Shown here in pieces: positions 49,421-64,000 of a DNA stretch of 64,000 nt. Positions within the stretch are counted from its first letter, which is position 1. The number at the start of each line of letters is the position of its first letter. The DNA comes from Nageia nagi (lineage: Eukaryota; Plantae; Pinophyta): NCBI GenBank assembly GCA_050084985.1, contig JBITNC010000001.1:177816001-177880000 (forward strand), in the 5' to 3' direction. The notes under the pieces were generated by a model. That model saw nothing but the letters and a program-made list of their open reading frames with translations, was not told the origin of the DNA and did not search any database. The position numbers were made by a program, and so were the translations under genes.

Positions 49421-52399
49421 TTTGACCCAAGATAGTCAAGTTAAGAAAAAAGTGCTAACGGAGGCTAAGTCCTTTCTACTAATAAAGTTGATATTTATTA
49501 ACAAGCAAGATATTCTTTCTATGATGATCTAATGGAAAAGAGAATAAAACATTTGAGGAAATATTAAACATCAAATTATGATTTACTTCCTATAATATTT
49601 AAGCCTATGATTTTTGAAATTGGACTATATGGAGAGAAAGCCACATTGATAATGTCTCAGTGAAGCACAACATTTCAAATACCTCCTAGATAAATCCACC
49701 GATGACCTCTCTAATGCTTATTGAGGACTATTTCAAGCCAATTGAAAGTTTATAATATACTTTCAAACCAATTATTCTTCTAAAATGAGTTTAAGTTCCA
49801 TCTAGAAGTCTCATATGTTAGGCCCTAGATGTATTTTTTCTACTCAATAAATTTCCTATTCCATAATAATAAAAACATCAAGCTCCATGTGATCTACATG
49901 AGCTATGTCACTCCAATTTTCCATTTTAGCTCAACGCTTAGAGTTTATATCTTTATTTGGTGTAAACACCTTGCTCTTACTCCTTTATTTTGGGTTTAAT
50001 TCACAACATTTACACCTTTTTATAGGCTTAATATCAAATATTTATATGCTCTCATACTCATTTATTCTAGCTTATATCTTTGTTTTTATACCATGGAGCA
50101 CATTTCTCCCCATATCAACTTAACACATAGTGTGTACACCCTTAGTTCAAAGTTATTTCTATTTTGTCTGTACACCATGCATTTACACTGCAAACAAGTT
50201 CATTTATTATCTTGTACAAGGGCAAGGGCCTATTGATTTACCTAATGTAATAGATAAATTATGTTCATTTAACCAACATAAATCTTGGATGCAAAATTTG
50301 TAAATTGATCTTTGATATGAATTTCAACTCCTTATTTGTTGGGATTTCAATTTTAAGGGATAGAAAGGTGATATATAAAAATGTATAAGGCTAAAGAGGG
50401 TGAACTAGCACCACCATAGAAATCAAAGTATTTCTAATTTTTTGGTATAGATGGTGTTCAAATTTCATAGCCATAGTTAGTATTAGTTGCTTGCACTAAT
50501 AAAATCAATACCTAATAGCCTCAGTCAAATCCATGCATAAATTCCTTCCTAGGATACATAAAACTATTGGCAACAACCCTAGAGAAACAAATATTTTTAC
50601 ACAATCTAAGAGGGAAAAAGGTATAAGCTCATCATCCCAAAATACAAATAGTAATATTCAAAGGCTAATGTTTATCATGAATATCTGACCTTTTATTTAG
50701 TAGAGGTCACTTTTATTTATAAGAAAATTTACAAGAGCCAAAATAGCTTCCCTATCTACTAAATTAACTATAAAGTATGATATGTATATGGTCATTGATT
50801 ACAAAATAATATATATAGATATTTTTGATAGATATTTACATATACTAGGACTATTGAATCAAATATTAGGAAAATCAAATTGATTCATAGTTACAAAATG
50901 ATAAGAATTCCCTTATCTTCTTGATCTAATTTTATCCTTCAGGGTACAAGTCATGCCTTGAAGCTTCTGATCATAAATTCCTTGAATACCATATTATCAA
51001 TTGATATTCGATTGAGATTAGGGTTTGCTTTGATCAAACCACATATTTGGAGTTGGAAGATGGTAGGATCTGATTACATTTGGAGTTATTATAGATGATA
51101 TGATAATATTTGATCCTTCACTATGATTAGAATTTGGAAAAGATGTGGTTAAAATATTTATTACCTCGATCCATGACCCAAAAATCAACTTTTGAATGTC
51201 AAGTCCATGTTAATCGGTATCTTGATAACCTTATCTTTTCATGCCAATTTGATATTCAAGGGTATTTGATGCTTTGAAGCTACTACAAAATTAATTCTTG
51301 AATCCATACTAAATCTACATCTTGTCTAATGAAATCAACATCAATTTTGGGTGTTGAAGGTAAATCTGCATTCATTCTATAATAATCTGTAATGCAGAGC
51401 TGATGTGATGATGTAGTCATTTTTTAGGGTGCAAATTTAATATTTTAGGATACATGGTATCTTGTTGGGGCTACTTCATATATTACTTCTAGATGATCTA
51501 AGGTGCATAGTATTTGAATTTGTAATTACAATTCTTAATTACAAAGAGACACATGGAAACATATGATAGGGTATTTATGTGTACACCTTTTGTTAAATAA
51601 ATTCAGACTGTGGGGTTAGCCTATTGAATGAATCCAAGATGCGAAGGTACCATGATGATGTAAGCCTTATCTGAGGTGTAAATTTTTTTATTTTTTCTTT
51701 TTTTGGGTGTAAAGTTGACACAATGATGTCAGCTTGTTTTGGAGAATGAATGTTTTATTATTTAAACATGGAAAGGCCTTCACTTTATTATTCTATAATG
51801 TGGAATAGGTATGATGATGTCATAGGAATTTAGAGTATAGATTTTGGTTCATTTTGAGCTTGAACTTAACCAACTTTCTTCATTCTATGGTTCAAAGATA
51901 ATGTTGGTAATGTCACTATTTCCAAAATGTGAAATATAGCCTTAAAAACTTACTGATAAATGAAAACTTAAGGAAATAATATATGGATAAGTTAAAACAA
52001 GTGTGTATAGGAAAATTTAAATACTTAATACCTAAAATATAAAGTATACTTCTGCATCATGAATTGATCATAAATTTGAACAAGATTATTTATCCTTGAA
52101 CAAAGAAATGAAATCAAAATATAACCATTATCATACACAAAATTAGAACCAAAATAAATATAGTTACTTGATTTTTTATTTAAAATACAATGTACAAAAT
52201 TATGTCTACATTCTAGCAGCTCTAGAGGATTTTCGGTAACAAAATTTAGAATCTAGACCAAAAGAAAACACATTATCCTTGAGTATTAGAGTGATCCCTT
52301 AATATAATGGCTTTAATACTAGCCCATTCTCAATTTAATCCACTATACTTCTCAAATGTTTCCATATCATTATGTACAGTTATCATGCTATTTACAATC

Positions 52400-55300
52400 G
52401 AAAAGGAAATATTATTGTGTTTCTTAGCAAATTCCTTAACAATTGACTATAAAAATATCAAATTTACAAAATACTAAAGAAACTTATCCTAATAAAAGTC
52501 TTTAGGCCAGCTATAAAATTTAGAGGCATCCTTAGAAATAGCCTCCACCTTCTATTTTATCTTCTCTTCAGTCAAGGGAGTATTGTCCTACCATAATTCA
52601 AAAATGCCCAAAGCCTAAAGCTCTTGAAACTTTTCCTTAATAAATTGCATCTCTTATGTAAGAGTAGAGTGGTACTTAGAACCTTCCTCAAGGTATGCAT
52701 CTATCTGTATAATGGAAGAGACCATGTCTAGGATTTTCTCCCTAGTACCCAACTTTTCTTTGACCAAATCCTCATATAAAATGACTTTAAGATTAGTAAT
52801 TATTACTTGAGATTCATCTTTTCATCCATCTTTCAAGGCCTTGGTTTGTGAGATATTTTTTGAGATGTTTTCAATGGCCTTATGGCATGAAGTGATATAG
52901 TTGCAAATAGGGAATAATGTCTTTATTTATACAAAAATCATATCCCACAAATTGGTCTTCAAACCAACCATAATATATTTATTAAATGATAACTTGTCCT
53001 TAGCATCCTTTGACTTTTGCAACTAATATGTGAGTTTTGATATTTGATCTTTAAATTGTTTAATTTGAGCCTTGAACTTTTGTAGATCATTTTCCTTGGC
53101 TTTGAGGATTTACTCTTTCCCTTTCAACTAGCTATACCTTTTTTCTTTCTCAATGTTCTTTGTGTTTATTTTTGTATCTTTACCCATTAACATGGTATCT
53201 TTCTAGGCCATTTGCTTCTTATGACTGGTTAGATGACATTCAACATCAGACAAGCTCTTTTTCAATTTCTCTTACTCTGTCTATAGTTTGTTGAGTTCCT
53301 CCTTTACTAATACCAACTCTTTATCTTTAGATTTAACTTGCTTTGTTGCAAAGGCAAGTTCTTTATCCTCTTGTTGTAGAGTGGATTATGTCGATGCTTT
53401 TAATTTATGATCCTTTAATTTTTTAATATCATTTTTTAAAACCTTCACCTCCTCTGTAAGGTTGTTAGCCTTATTTTCAAACATTTTTCTATTTCCAATT
53501 TCCTTGTTTAGCTATGCAGTGAGCGTAGTTGTATCAAAATCTATAATAGAGGTATACTAAAACATCAAATTATTTCTATCATGTTATGGTATGAGGCTTA
53601 TATTAACATTTTGTATTTCTTCCAAGATAGAAGGAGGTTCGAAAGTAGATATAACAATTGAAGTTTGCATATATTTCATCATCTAAGTAACTAGATTGTA
53701 ATGGGTAAAAAGTATGAGAGTGTCAATTTTATAATCATAAGTAGGAGCCTCCTTAATACCTAGAATGGGCACATGATTCATAGGCTTGATACCTATCAAT
53801 AGAGAAGTTAATTGCATGGGTTATCCTTGTAGAGAAACCAAGGTTGTACCAATAGGTGCTTATTATTTTACAAGTGTTGAAGAAGTGGCAATCAAAGTTA
53901 CAGTATGCATTGGCATTTGATAATATGGGGAGATCATGGAAGTAGACATTGCAGATGAAAATAAGGTAATGGGATCAACATGTAATGTATGGGTCATGGT
54001 ATAAATAATATAATATGAAGAAACATAATGGAGATGAGTAGAAGTGTAAGTTCTTACCAAAATTTGTTTGTAAGTCATATATGGAGAGCCTAAAGTAGAT
54101 TTAATAGAAATAGGCAGTTTCTTTAAAGGAGTTTGTACTAGAGTAGTAGAGACTTATCTTGATGTATTTTGTGGATTCCTTTGATATATCCTTTGTTTCT
54201 TATACTAAAATAGAGGATCATGTGACCTTACCTCAACTTGATTCTTAATAGGTCTAGAAGGCAAAAAACCAAAGGATTTTATTTGATCTTGCTTAGGCTA
54301 AAACCTTTCTCCATTTTTTCTATCACTTCTTGATGCCTCTTTTAAGTTTTTTCAATGGTTGTAGGTGAGGGAGGCTTATTTACATCTAAATTTTCTTCAT
54401 CCAAGCTCAATATCTTTTCATTTTCATGCTTCTTTTGCATTTCTTAGAAAATTCATCATCATTTGAATATACAATATTATGTAGATTTCCCTTTTCATCT
54501 TTGAAAATTAAAAAGGATATTTTCTTGGCTTGACTCTAATTCTTCTTAGTATTCAACTTTTTGGTAGCTACCTTGCCCAGCTTATCTTGAGATTCATCAA
54601 ATGCATACTTATTTTTGAATAAGGTTTTCCATAAGTCTTCCTTTGAATAAGTGTCTTGAATGACCATATTCTTTATATCTAGATTAAGTAATTAATCTAG
54701 AATGATATTATTAGCAATAAGGTTCGTAAAAATTTCAAATTGATCATATTTATTTGGATGAAAAATGGTTGAGTTTCTTTGATTAATGATTCTCAAGTGA
54801 GCTACCATTATATCATTCAAGTCATAATGATAGGCCAAATTTATAGTGATCAATATTAACTTCACCAATATTTTTGCAAGCTTGGAAGCTTGCTTCTTCT
54901 TCTTCAACAAAAAAACCTCAAATACTTATTTTTTTTTTAAGTCTTATCTATCTCATCAAGTTACTGGAAGAATTCATGTGCAAACAATCCATATAATACA
55001 TAGTATGGGAGTAGACATGGATTCCTTGAGAATCCATAAAATCTAAATAATGTTCCATACCCCATCAAATAATAATCACCCATTTCTAAATTAGGAATTC
55101 TAAATTTGTTCATCACCTATTGGCTGAGTCTTGGAATAACGTTTCCCTCAATGAGTGTTAAAGGACAACAATTTAGCTACAAATAGATAATAAGAGGAGG
55201 AAGACCTCAAATCAATAGTCCATGAATCCATAGAAAAAGGGTTTCCTTGCTCATCCTATTTTTAAGTAGGGATGACTTGGAAGGTGTTTGTATTTGTATA

Positions 55301-58300
55301 ATGGAACAACCACATAATAAATGACACATAGGGAAATCTCTTTGAATTTTTCACATTACTGAATGCATCAACAATTTGGTAGGAAAGGAATAATGGAAAA
55401 TCAAATTAGATAGGTATTTTCTCATGGGATATTACACAGGTAATGGCCATTTGTTCAAAAGTGAACTCTTTATTACAATCATAGCCAAAGAGCATGGCTA
55501 AAGCAAATAAAAGGTTCTATAAATGATACTTAAAGATATGAATATATATATAACTAGTGGGAAGAGTATTTATGATATAACTTGCATGAATTTGGAGGAA
55601 GGGAAGATAAAAGCCTTATAATACTTTTCTTGAGTTTCATGGAAAAATTTATTCATGTTGTCATTATAATAAAATTGGAAGGCAAATGCTATTCCTTTTG
55701 GAGAGAAGTCAAGTGGGACTTGATTATTTCTAACTATCATTTGATAGGACTTATCAACATATGCCTCTAAGGCTAGAATAAGCTTGATAGCTAGGTGATT
55801 CCTATAAGGAGTAAAAAATATGACACTTGAGAAATAGGAAATTGCACCTATGTGTCCTAAAGAAAAATGAGTGGACTTACCATCCATGGTCCTCTTTGGT
55901 TGTTTATTATATCCATGTAACTTTGTATCCCTTAGTTCCTTCATATGGGTTAATGAAATGAATTTAAGGCTTCTCCTCCTCTTGCATCAATTGCATAGAG
56001 TAGCCTTATTTGTTGGAGGCTTTTTATCTTTGGCTTTTGCACAAAGAAGTGAAAGTAGAAGGCTATGCTTTAGATCTCATATGAGATTGAGTATCTTTGG
56101 TATCCATTATTTTGAATATTCACCACTAAATTAGCTACTACAAATTGAATAATAATTATGGGTATCCATAGTTGTGAATTTTCTGCATGATTCTAAACTT
56201 GAGATAAGCTTAGCTCTGCAAAGTTCTCTTCTTTGGATACTTAGATAAAATATTGGTAATTACATCTAAGTAAATAACTTTATGACTATAGTTTGACATG
56301 ATTTTGTATTTAATGGTGGTTGACATTGATATGATAATGCAACCTTGAGCCTTGTGCCATTATGGTTTTAACTACATTCATTTTCATGAATTACATGGTT
56401 GCAAGTTGGCCAAATTGATAACTATCAATGCTTATTAAATACGAGGTAATGATGGGATATGGTATCTTATCAATATCAAATTTTAAATAACACATTTGAT
56501 ATCTAAAGTTACCTTGATGATGTCATCCTCCTCCATAATGCAAATTTTCCCTTTTCAACAATTGGTGTGATTTTATATCTACAATGATACATGACATTGC
56601 TAAATGGCATTCTCCAGGAATGGCCTTGGATTTTTTGTATCTTTTTGAACTTACAATCTATCTATAGATACTAAATATGGATGTTGAGTATTAAAAAGGA
56701 CACATGATTGTCTCTAGATTTGATTCTAACATTATTTCTAAAAGAGCTTGGGGCTAGATGTTGATCATAAGTTTGGATATGTAGATAGCAATTAGTTATA
56801 TAGATATGGCTTAAAAATAGTGTAGATAGGGCTTTGGATAGTAGAGCTTTATGCAGATCACATAGTTTTTGTTCCAAACATATAAATATAATTTTGGCTA
56901 ATCTATATATCTAAATTTTAACTATAATACATGCATATGATACATTTTGGGCTACCTCTATCTTATTCTAGGTGCAAATGATATAAAAATTGTACATACC
57001 TAGCCAATAAATAGGAACTATACAATTATATATATACATCCATCTTATAAAAAAATAGATCCCTGATCTATAGTACTACTACTTCCTTGGAAAATTTTTA
57101 ATATGTTAGTCATTAACCTAAATAGGCATGATTTTTCCATCCAAATGGGCCAATTAGTATGTATTAAATTACTTGTATATATGAATGATAAATGGTCCTT
57201 CCCATAAGGACTCAAACTTCTTATGTTTACCAAGTTTAGATTTATCCTCATTTCACTTTAACACCAAGTCTACCTTTTTAAACTAAATGAGAGAGGCCCT
57301 TTTCTTATCAAACAAGGTATTAGCAATAGCTTGTCTCTTTTGGAAGTTACTAAAATCTTTATCTCTCTATTCCTCCAATTTAATAAACTGCATGTATTTG
57401 TGTTTCAATGACCCAAAGAAACATAATTCATCATCCATAATAATCTCCAATGCATGAATCTCTAAATACATTAGCAAGATGACTCTTTTCTCATATACTA
57501 AAGTATAAGGAGAGGTTTGAACGTATTCTTTCACACAAATTCTATCAACCCATAGTGCAAAGTCTAGCTTCAAATGTCATTCCCTTGGATTATCATCCAT
57601 TATTCTCTTGAAATTGCAAAGAATGTTCTTGTTGGCGGATTCAACTAAACCATTCCCTTGCATATAGTAATTACAATAAATTTTCTAAATAATATTATAT
57701 TTCATGAAAATTCTTAAATCTTTTCCCTAATGAAAGTAGATCCATTGTCTAAAATTATTACAACAAGCATACCGAAACTTGTGATTAATTTCTCTAGGAA
57801 TATTAATACAATGTATTGATTTACATTATTTGAAGGGATGGCTTCTACCCATATTGTAAATTAATAAATAGTAGCAAGTATAAACTTATGTCATGCAGAA
57901 GAATTAGGATTGATGACTCTTTTAAAATCTAAACTCTATTGCTAAAATGGCTCTTCAATAATTACTAATTTGAGAGGCATGGCAGCACTTCTACTAACAA
58001 ATCTAGGGTACTTATCACACTTCTTAGCAATTTAATGCAAGCATTTACATATGGTTGGCCACTAGTACCCAATTTGAATTAGTTTTCCAATCATTATCTA
58101 TCTAGAATAATAACCACTAGAGAATCCTAAATGGAACTCTTTTAAAAGGGTAGGAACATCAATAGGGTGGATACATATCAACAATAGTCCATCATAGTTC
58201 CTTCTATAGATTTTATTTTGTATGAATATGTAGTTGGATTCTTGAAGTTTGAATCTTCTTCTTTAAGGAGCAGTTAAATTATTTGGATAAAATTTCTATC

Positions 58301-61000
58301 TTGAAATACCTAAGCAATTTTGTAATCCATGTCATTTTAAATTAGGACATACATTCATTCTCCTCTTCATGTTGGTGAAAATAAAAGTGAACAATATTAA
58401 AAGTGGAAATATTATCATCATCTGATGTAGAGGGAGTATCTGAATTCAAATTAGAAGCAATGTCTTGACACAATACTCTACCTCACACCTATTTTGTATG
58501 GGTTATCTCTACATCAAACTCCAAAATTTTGTTAATCCATCTGACATTATCTCCACAATATTCCTTATACATGATGAAGTTCCAGACACCTGGATGAATG
58601 GTATAGACAAGTATTTTTTTGTGTGAAAGAAAATTTTTGAATTTCTTAAAGACTCTTATAACCTAAAAAATGTATTTTTCAACATATATATATCTAGTTT
58701 TTGCATCATATAAAGTCTTACTATAGAAATAGATGGGGTATTCTTGTTCATATTTTTCATTTTGGTTAAGAACAACTATAATACTCTTTTTTGATCCTTT
58801 TATATATAGAATAAAGTTTTTACTAAAGTGTGGGTTTTTTAGCACAAGGGTAGTGAGAATGGCCCCTTTGATGTTATTGAATGATTCCTTGGCCTTAGGT
58901 ATCCACAATAAAGCCACATCCTTTTTAATCATGTATAAAATAGGCCTAATAATCTAAGTAAAGTCATGGATAAACTTTCTAACAAAGTTTATGTGACCAA
59001 GAAATGATTCTAGAGCCTTTTTGTTAAATGGAAAAGGTATGTTTCTTATGGCTAATACTCATTCTAGTTCAATTGTCATCCTTTGTTTGGAGACTACATG
59101 GCTTAACAACTTACCCTCCTTAACAATAAAGAAATATTTCTTGGCATTTAGAGTGATACCAAAAGGTCTATATTTTTAAAATATTTCTTTGAGATGTCCC
59201 AAATGATCCCTTTTATTCTTGGAGAAAACTGTAATATCATCTAGGTATACTAGAATTATTTTATTCATTAGTGGATCAAAAGCATGATCCATAGCTCTTT
59301 GAAAAGTAGCACCAACATTAGAAAGATCGTAAGATATCATTTTGAAAGAAAAAGTGCCTTATTTTATTGTGAATATAGTTTTATGCTGATCAATATCCTT
59401 GATCCAAATCTGGTTGAAACTTAAGAATCCATCAATTAAGAAATATGGATTTTATTTGGTTATCTTTCTTTGACCAATATGGGAATAACGCATCCACTTC
59501 TTTAAGAATTTTATTAATCTCTACATATTTGTAGGTTCCTCTAGATCACATTCATCTTCAATGAATATATATGTATCTTCATCAAACTCTTTAATGTGTT
59601 TAACTTGCTCAACCTATATAAATGTATCTTCATATTGTTCATTGAAATTGGATTATCAACATGAGCTTCCTGATGAAGAGAGTCTTGCAATGTAGTAGGT
59701 TGGGTAATGTTTTGACTAACATTATGAATCAAACTAACAACCTCCTGCTAGAGTCCTATTTATATATCTAGCACAAAGATAACTAAAGGGATTGGTACCA
59801 CTTCTTATGAATAAGGCTTAGTGTCCATGCTAGGGTTAGTGCCAACATTGAAATGAGCATTCACAAGAGGATTAAAAAGAACAAATGGATGAATATTCAA
59901 CATAGGGAAAGATCTATTTACAAGGAATCCAAGATACATATTTCCTAGTGTAAGATTCATATCATTAGGAGGCATACACTCCTTATGCCCATTGAAATGT
60001 CATAATATTCATTGCTTTGTTAATTTTTCATCTTCAAGTGCATCAACTGTATAAGATTTCTCCTAAATTGGTATCCCACTAAGAAGCTTAATGAATTTAT
60101 ATTTTTCTTTATTTGGAGCTTATGAATTTTTTGAATATCTCATCATCACTCAATCATGTAATGATCTCCTCTTTTATCATAGGAGGAAGTTGATTTGATA
60201 GGGTTTGAAATCCATAATTATTAGAATGAACCCTCTAATTTAGTATCTTTGTTAAATTTTTATAGCTTTACATAAATCTCTCTTTATCTAAAGGATTTTT
60301 AGTAGCATCTTTGGTTATTTTTCCCTGTACATTTGTAGATGGTTGGTTTGTATGAATTCTCTCACTCCATCCTTGAACAACCTTTGTTTTACCAATTATT
60401 TTTTCATTTGGAGGTTTTTTTAGCTATGGGATTAGTAGGTGCATAAGAAATATTTTTATTTTCATTACGAATAGCATAAAATACCTTTGGATATAATGTG
60501 TGAATAACACCCTTAATAGATTAGACATTGCAGTAGAATTTTTAATGTAGGTTCAAAAGCACTTTTATTCTAACCTTATTTAAGGGAAAGAAATACTATA
60601 AATAGTGGGTGCCAATATGTTAATATGTGTTTTGGTATACCTAGGGTTTTAGACTAAATGAACTAAATACATATAAACATTTTAGTATGTATTATATAAT
60701 TTATTTAACCCAAATAAATATACATAAATAATAGAAAATAATGAAATATAGCATGTGAAGTAACAAAACTAGGGTTGTATTGATATTAAGATGCAAAATG
60801 AAAGCGCCCACTAAAGATATGGAATCAAGTGTAAGATAAATACCTATGTGTCCTTACCTATGTAAAAGATGGATATATACATGATAAACTTGTTTGAAAG
60901 AGATGACCTTGATGTGCAAACCCCACAACCAATAGTAGAAAGGATCCTAATGTAAAAGATAGGTCTCAAGAGCTCAACATGGGTGTGCACATTAGTGCAG
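52400..61000 (-). mobile_element. decayed Ty3/gypsy (Tat-like) element: LTR/PBS, gag-like relic, RT-RH-INT, long extra 3' ORF
   Basis: PBS-like TGGCACCCAC 60605-60614 next to TGTT at 60618; RT ILVYLDDITVFS (~59222-59258), DGFLSFNQI; LVLKNPHFSKNFILY; integrase GNGLVESANK, ALWVDRI..SPYTLVY. Confidence 0.8.
52450..56100 (-). pseudogene. extra ORF downstream of pol: globular N-terminus, S/T/P-rich linker, K/E-rich coiled coil
   Basis: Fragments 55570-55944, 54692-54910, 53863-54078; K/E-rich minus-strand coding pattern 52600-53520. Confidence 0.55.
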
Positions 61001-61268
61001 GTGCTAACATTCCAAAGGAATGAGGTCCTTCATCACTTGGTCTTAACTACCTCTTATGCTTAACTTGAACTTTTTCCTTCATCATGCATAAGATTAATGT
61101 AGTGTTAACATACCATTCCATATCCTTATAAGATAATATGATCAAATTTTACACTTCAGTAGTTCTGCACATTTTATATCTTCCTCATATTAAGTCCAAA
61201 AATATGTGGGTTTCATTACTTGAACTAGAAACTCATCAAGTTTTTCTATTATTCTTCTCTTTCATTAT

Positions 61269-61732
61269 TGTTAAAATTTGTAATGTAATATTGTGTAATA
61301 TTTCTCCTTAATGTAAATTCATTTAATACTCAAAGTATCATTAGATACCTTAAAGTATTAAGGGAATAAAAATAGGATAAGGATTAAAAATAGGTATGAG
61401 TTTAAAAATAGGTAAAGGATTAAAAATAGAAAAGGGATAAATTATAGAGTGGGTTTCTTCTTAAAGAACCCTCCCCTTCTCTAGTTACAAAAATGTAATG
61501 CAAGCTTTGTTATAGGTTGAGTGTGAGAGAGAGAAGAGATTTTGTATGAGAGGTTTGTGAGAGTAAGAAGACCTTAGTTAGTGGACATACTCCCAAGGAG
61601 GGAGGAACCACTTTATATCTTGTGTTATTTGTGTGATTGGCTTTAGTTATTGTGCTATTGTGTTGATGTTGAAAGTGCCTTCTTGAGATCTTGGAAGATT
61701 AGAAGTTAATTCAAAAAGGGTTAATTTCTTCA
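61269..61732 (+). mobile_element. solo LTR (464 bp) related to the copia copy 1/2 LTRs; TSD ATTAT
   Basis: TG..CA; ATTAT at 61264-61268 and 61733-61737; shares gtatcattagatacctt and gtgga(c/t)..actc..gaggaaccact; internal taaaaatag repeats. Confidence 0.9.
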
Positions 61733-63087
61733 ATTATGAACTATCATAACACAAGAAAAATGTTGTTTATTCCTTATTTGAAATATTCCTATCTTTTTCC
61801 TATGATATTCCTTTACCTTATGAATCAATCCCCTATAATGTACATTTTTTTAGGTATATCCATTATGTTAACTTCAACTATTTCTTTGGAATGGAGAAAT
61901 CTTGACTTGATTCTATTATATTCATTTAACCAATACAAAAATGGCATATCAAATTCTTCCATCACTTTATTAATCTTTACATGCCTTTTTGGATCTTTTG
62001 TAGCACATTCATCTTCAACTAATACATCACCCTCCTCATCAAGTTCCTCAATATTACCCACTTGATTAACTAATGGAAATTATTTTGTTAATGGTGGATC
62101 CTTTGTATGATTATTAATATCTTACAAATTTATTTGAGTCTCCTAATGAATCAATTCTTCTAATATTATGTGGGGAATAACATCCATAATAGGCTCAACA
62201 AGTGATGTCTCTTTTTCTTGTTGACCAATATCCTCTATTGAAAATTTAGGAATTACTAATGAAACCACCTCATAATTGGTAATATAATCTACAACATCAA
62301 TATTTTTATGGACATAAAAACTTCCATGAGCATATGTGCCATGATTCTTGATACTAAAAGACCTCATATTTTATGCAACTTCAGTTCTATGTGCGAAGAA
62401 TCCCAAATTTGGTTCTCTTGGAGTAATATTCATATCATTTGTAGTATTATGCCCTTGCAAATCATTAATATGCCATAATTTTTGTTGTTTAATCACTTCC
62501 TCATATTCTTGAATGAATGCAACAATGAATGTATTTTTTGCAACATGTAACTCACTAAGTAATTTGATAAACTTATACCTATTTTCTCTAGAACCTATGA
62601 CCTTTCTCAAGGTTTCCTCATCACTCAACTATGAAATAAGATATTATTCAATTAGAATATGAGTAATATTCAAATTCATGGGATATTTAGATCTTCATTA
62701 TCATTTTGAACCTATTGACTAACTATCTTTCATGAACAGTGAGAACTAGTTATTGAAATTTCTTTATTTGAAGAGTTATCATTTATAGGCTTCTCTATCA
62801 TATGTCCTTATGATTTAGAAAGATGATGTCACCTATGGATTTGTTCACTCAACCTTTCATATTGGAAAGCAACATGTGTTCTAGCAATCTTCCTTCACTT
62901 GGAATATTTCTTAACTACAAGTTTAGTGGGCTAGTAAGAAATATGTGCATTTTCTTTTACTAGTAACATAAACTACTTTTGGAACATAATATGTAAATAG
63001 AAACTTTAATATATTTGATATTGTATCAAAATTGGATCAATTTTGAGAGAATTTACTTCCAAACCTCTAAGAGAAGCATATGCTATA

Positions 63088-64000
63088 TGTTGAAATATTT
63101 TTAGGTACCCTTAGGATAACCTAGGTACTTACTATATAAAAATATTTAACATTTCATAATGTATTATCCTTGTTATTAACTTAGATAAAAAATGGAATAA
63201 TAATAACAAATAACAAGATAAGAAATAATCTAAACATAAATGAATGTAACAATGAATAATGAGATCATACTATTAGATCAAGATGACAAAAGTACACACT
63301 ATTGAGATTGAGATCAAGTGAAAGATAAATACCTATAAACCTTACCTAGGTGAAGATAATTATATGCAAATAGGAACTTACTAAGGATGATGATGATCTT
63401 GAAATGCAAACCTCACAATGCATAACAAAAAGGAATAGTAGTGCAGATGCTCATAGGAATGTAGATGTTGAGTCTTGAATGATGATATCAATTCCTATAG
63501 TAGTGTGAACATTAAGCATACAAAGGAGAAAATTTTGCAACCAATATATGAAGCATAGTAGATAATTGACAAGTCAAGTCAAACATATAATAATGGAATA
63601 TGGAATAACAAATATGCTTACGATAAAAAGATCCCAATATCAATAGGAAACATTAAGCAAAACCTAAACTTTGAAGTGGTACTTTCTATTTATATTGAAA
63701 TATTAATAACTTTCCCTACAATCATACTTACCCTTATATATTCAATATATCCTCTAATTTCCCTTTAGGAAGGCTAATGCCAATGCTGGGGTACCTAGCA
63801 CATAAAATAATAAGATTGCATGTGAAAGAAATAAGAAAATACCAATAACATGATAAGCAAGACCACCTTAGGTGAACCAAAATTACATGTCAATATAAGG
63901 TTATAGGTAAATTCACTTATATATCTGAATTCTCATAGGTTCTTAATTTGGTTCAATAGCTAGGACATCATTTATTAGTATCATATCATTGTTATTCTTA
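63088..64000 (-). mobile_element. LTR-like segment related to 60618-61000
   Basis: TGTTG at 63088; atcaagtg.aagataaatacctat..ccttaccta..tgcaaacc.caca shared with 60820-60930. Confidence 0.6.

Noticed and set aside
49450-52400. Probable decayed LTR pieces
   Set aside because: No termini/TSD pair could be fixed, so left unannotated

Overview
AT-rich, CpG-depleted plant nuclear DNA, most likely a large-genome gymnosperm (inferred from TE types, decay pattern and intron size). There is one intact host gene on the + strand: a 4-coding-exon SHOU4/SHOU4L-family (At1g78880/At1g16860-like) membrane protein of 507 aa (CDS 17541-27216), with a 7.2-kb intron holding LINE relics and a 3x ~266-bp repeat. 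The rest is nested, decayed retroelements. These are a younger Ty3/gypsy (Tat/Ogre-like) 5' end inserted in the 5' UTR of a Ty1/copia element, a full-length second copy of that copia family (37629-46179) inserted into a solo LTR, four TSD-flanked solo LTRs, a chromovirus 3' end, an RTEX-like LINE plus a deleted tandem copy, L1 fragments, and a Tat-like gypsy with a long extra ORF after pol. The most notable signal is a ~700-bp non-coding block conserved in both copia copies upstream of gag. It folds by eye into many stems with GNRA-type loops and a hammerhead-like junction, and lies inside an apparent 5'-UTR intron ending 3 nt before the gag ATG. All alignments and folds were done by eye.
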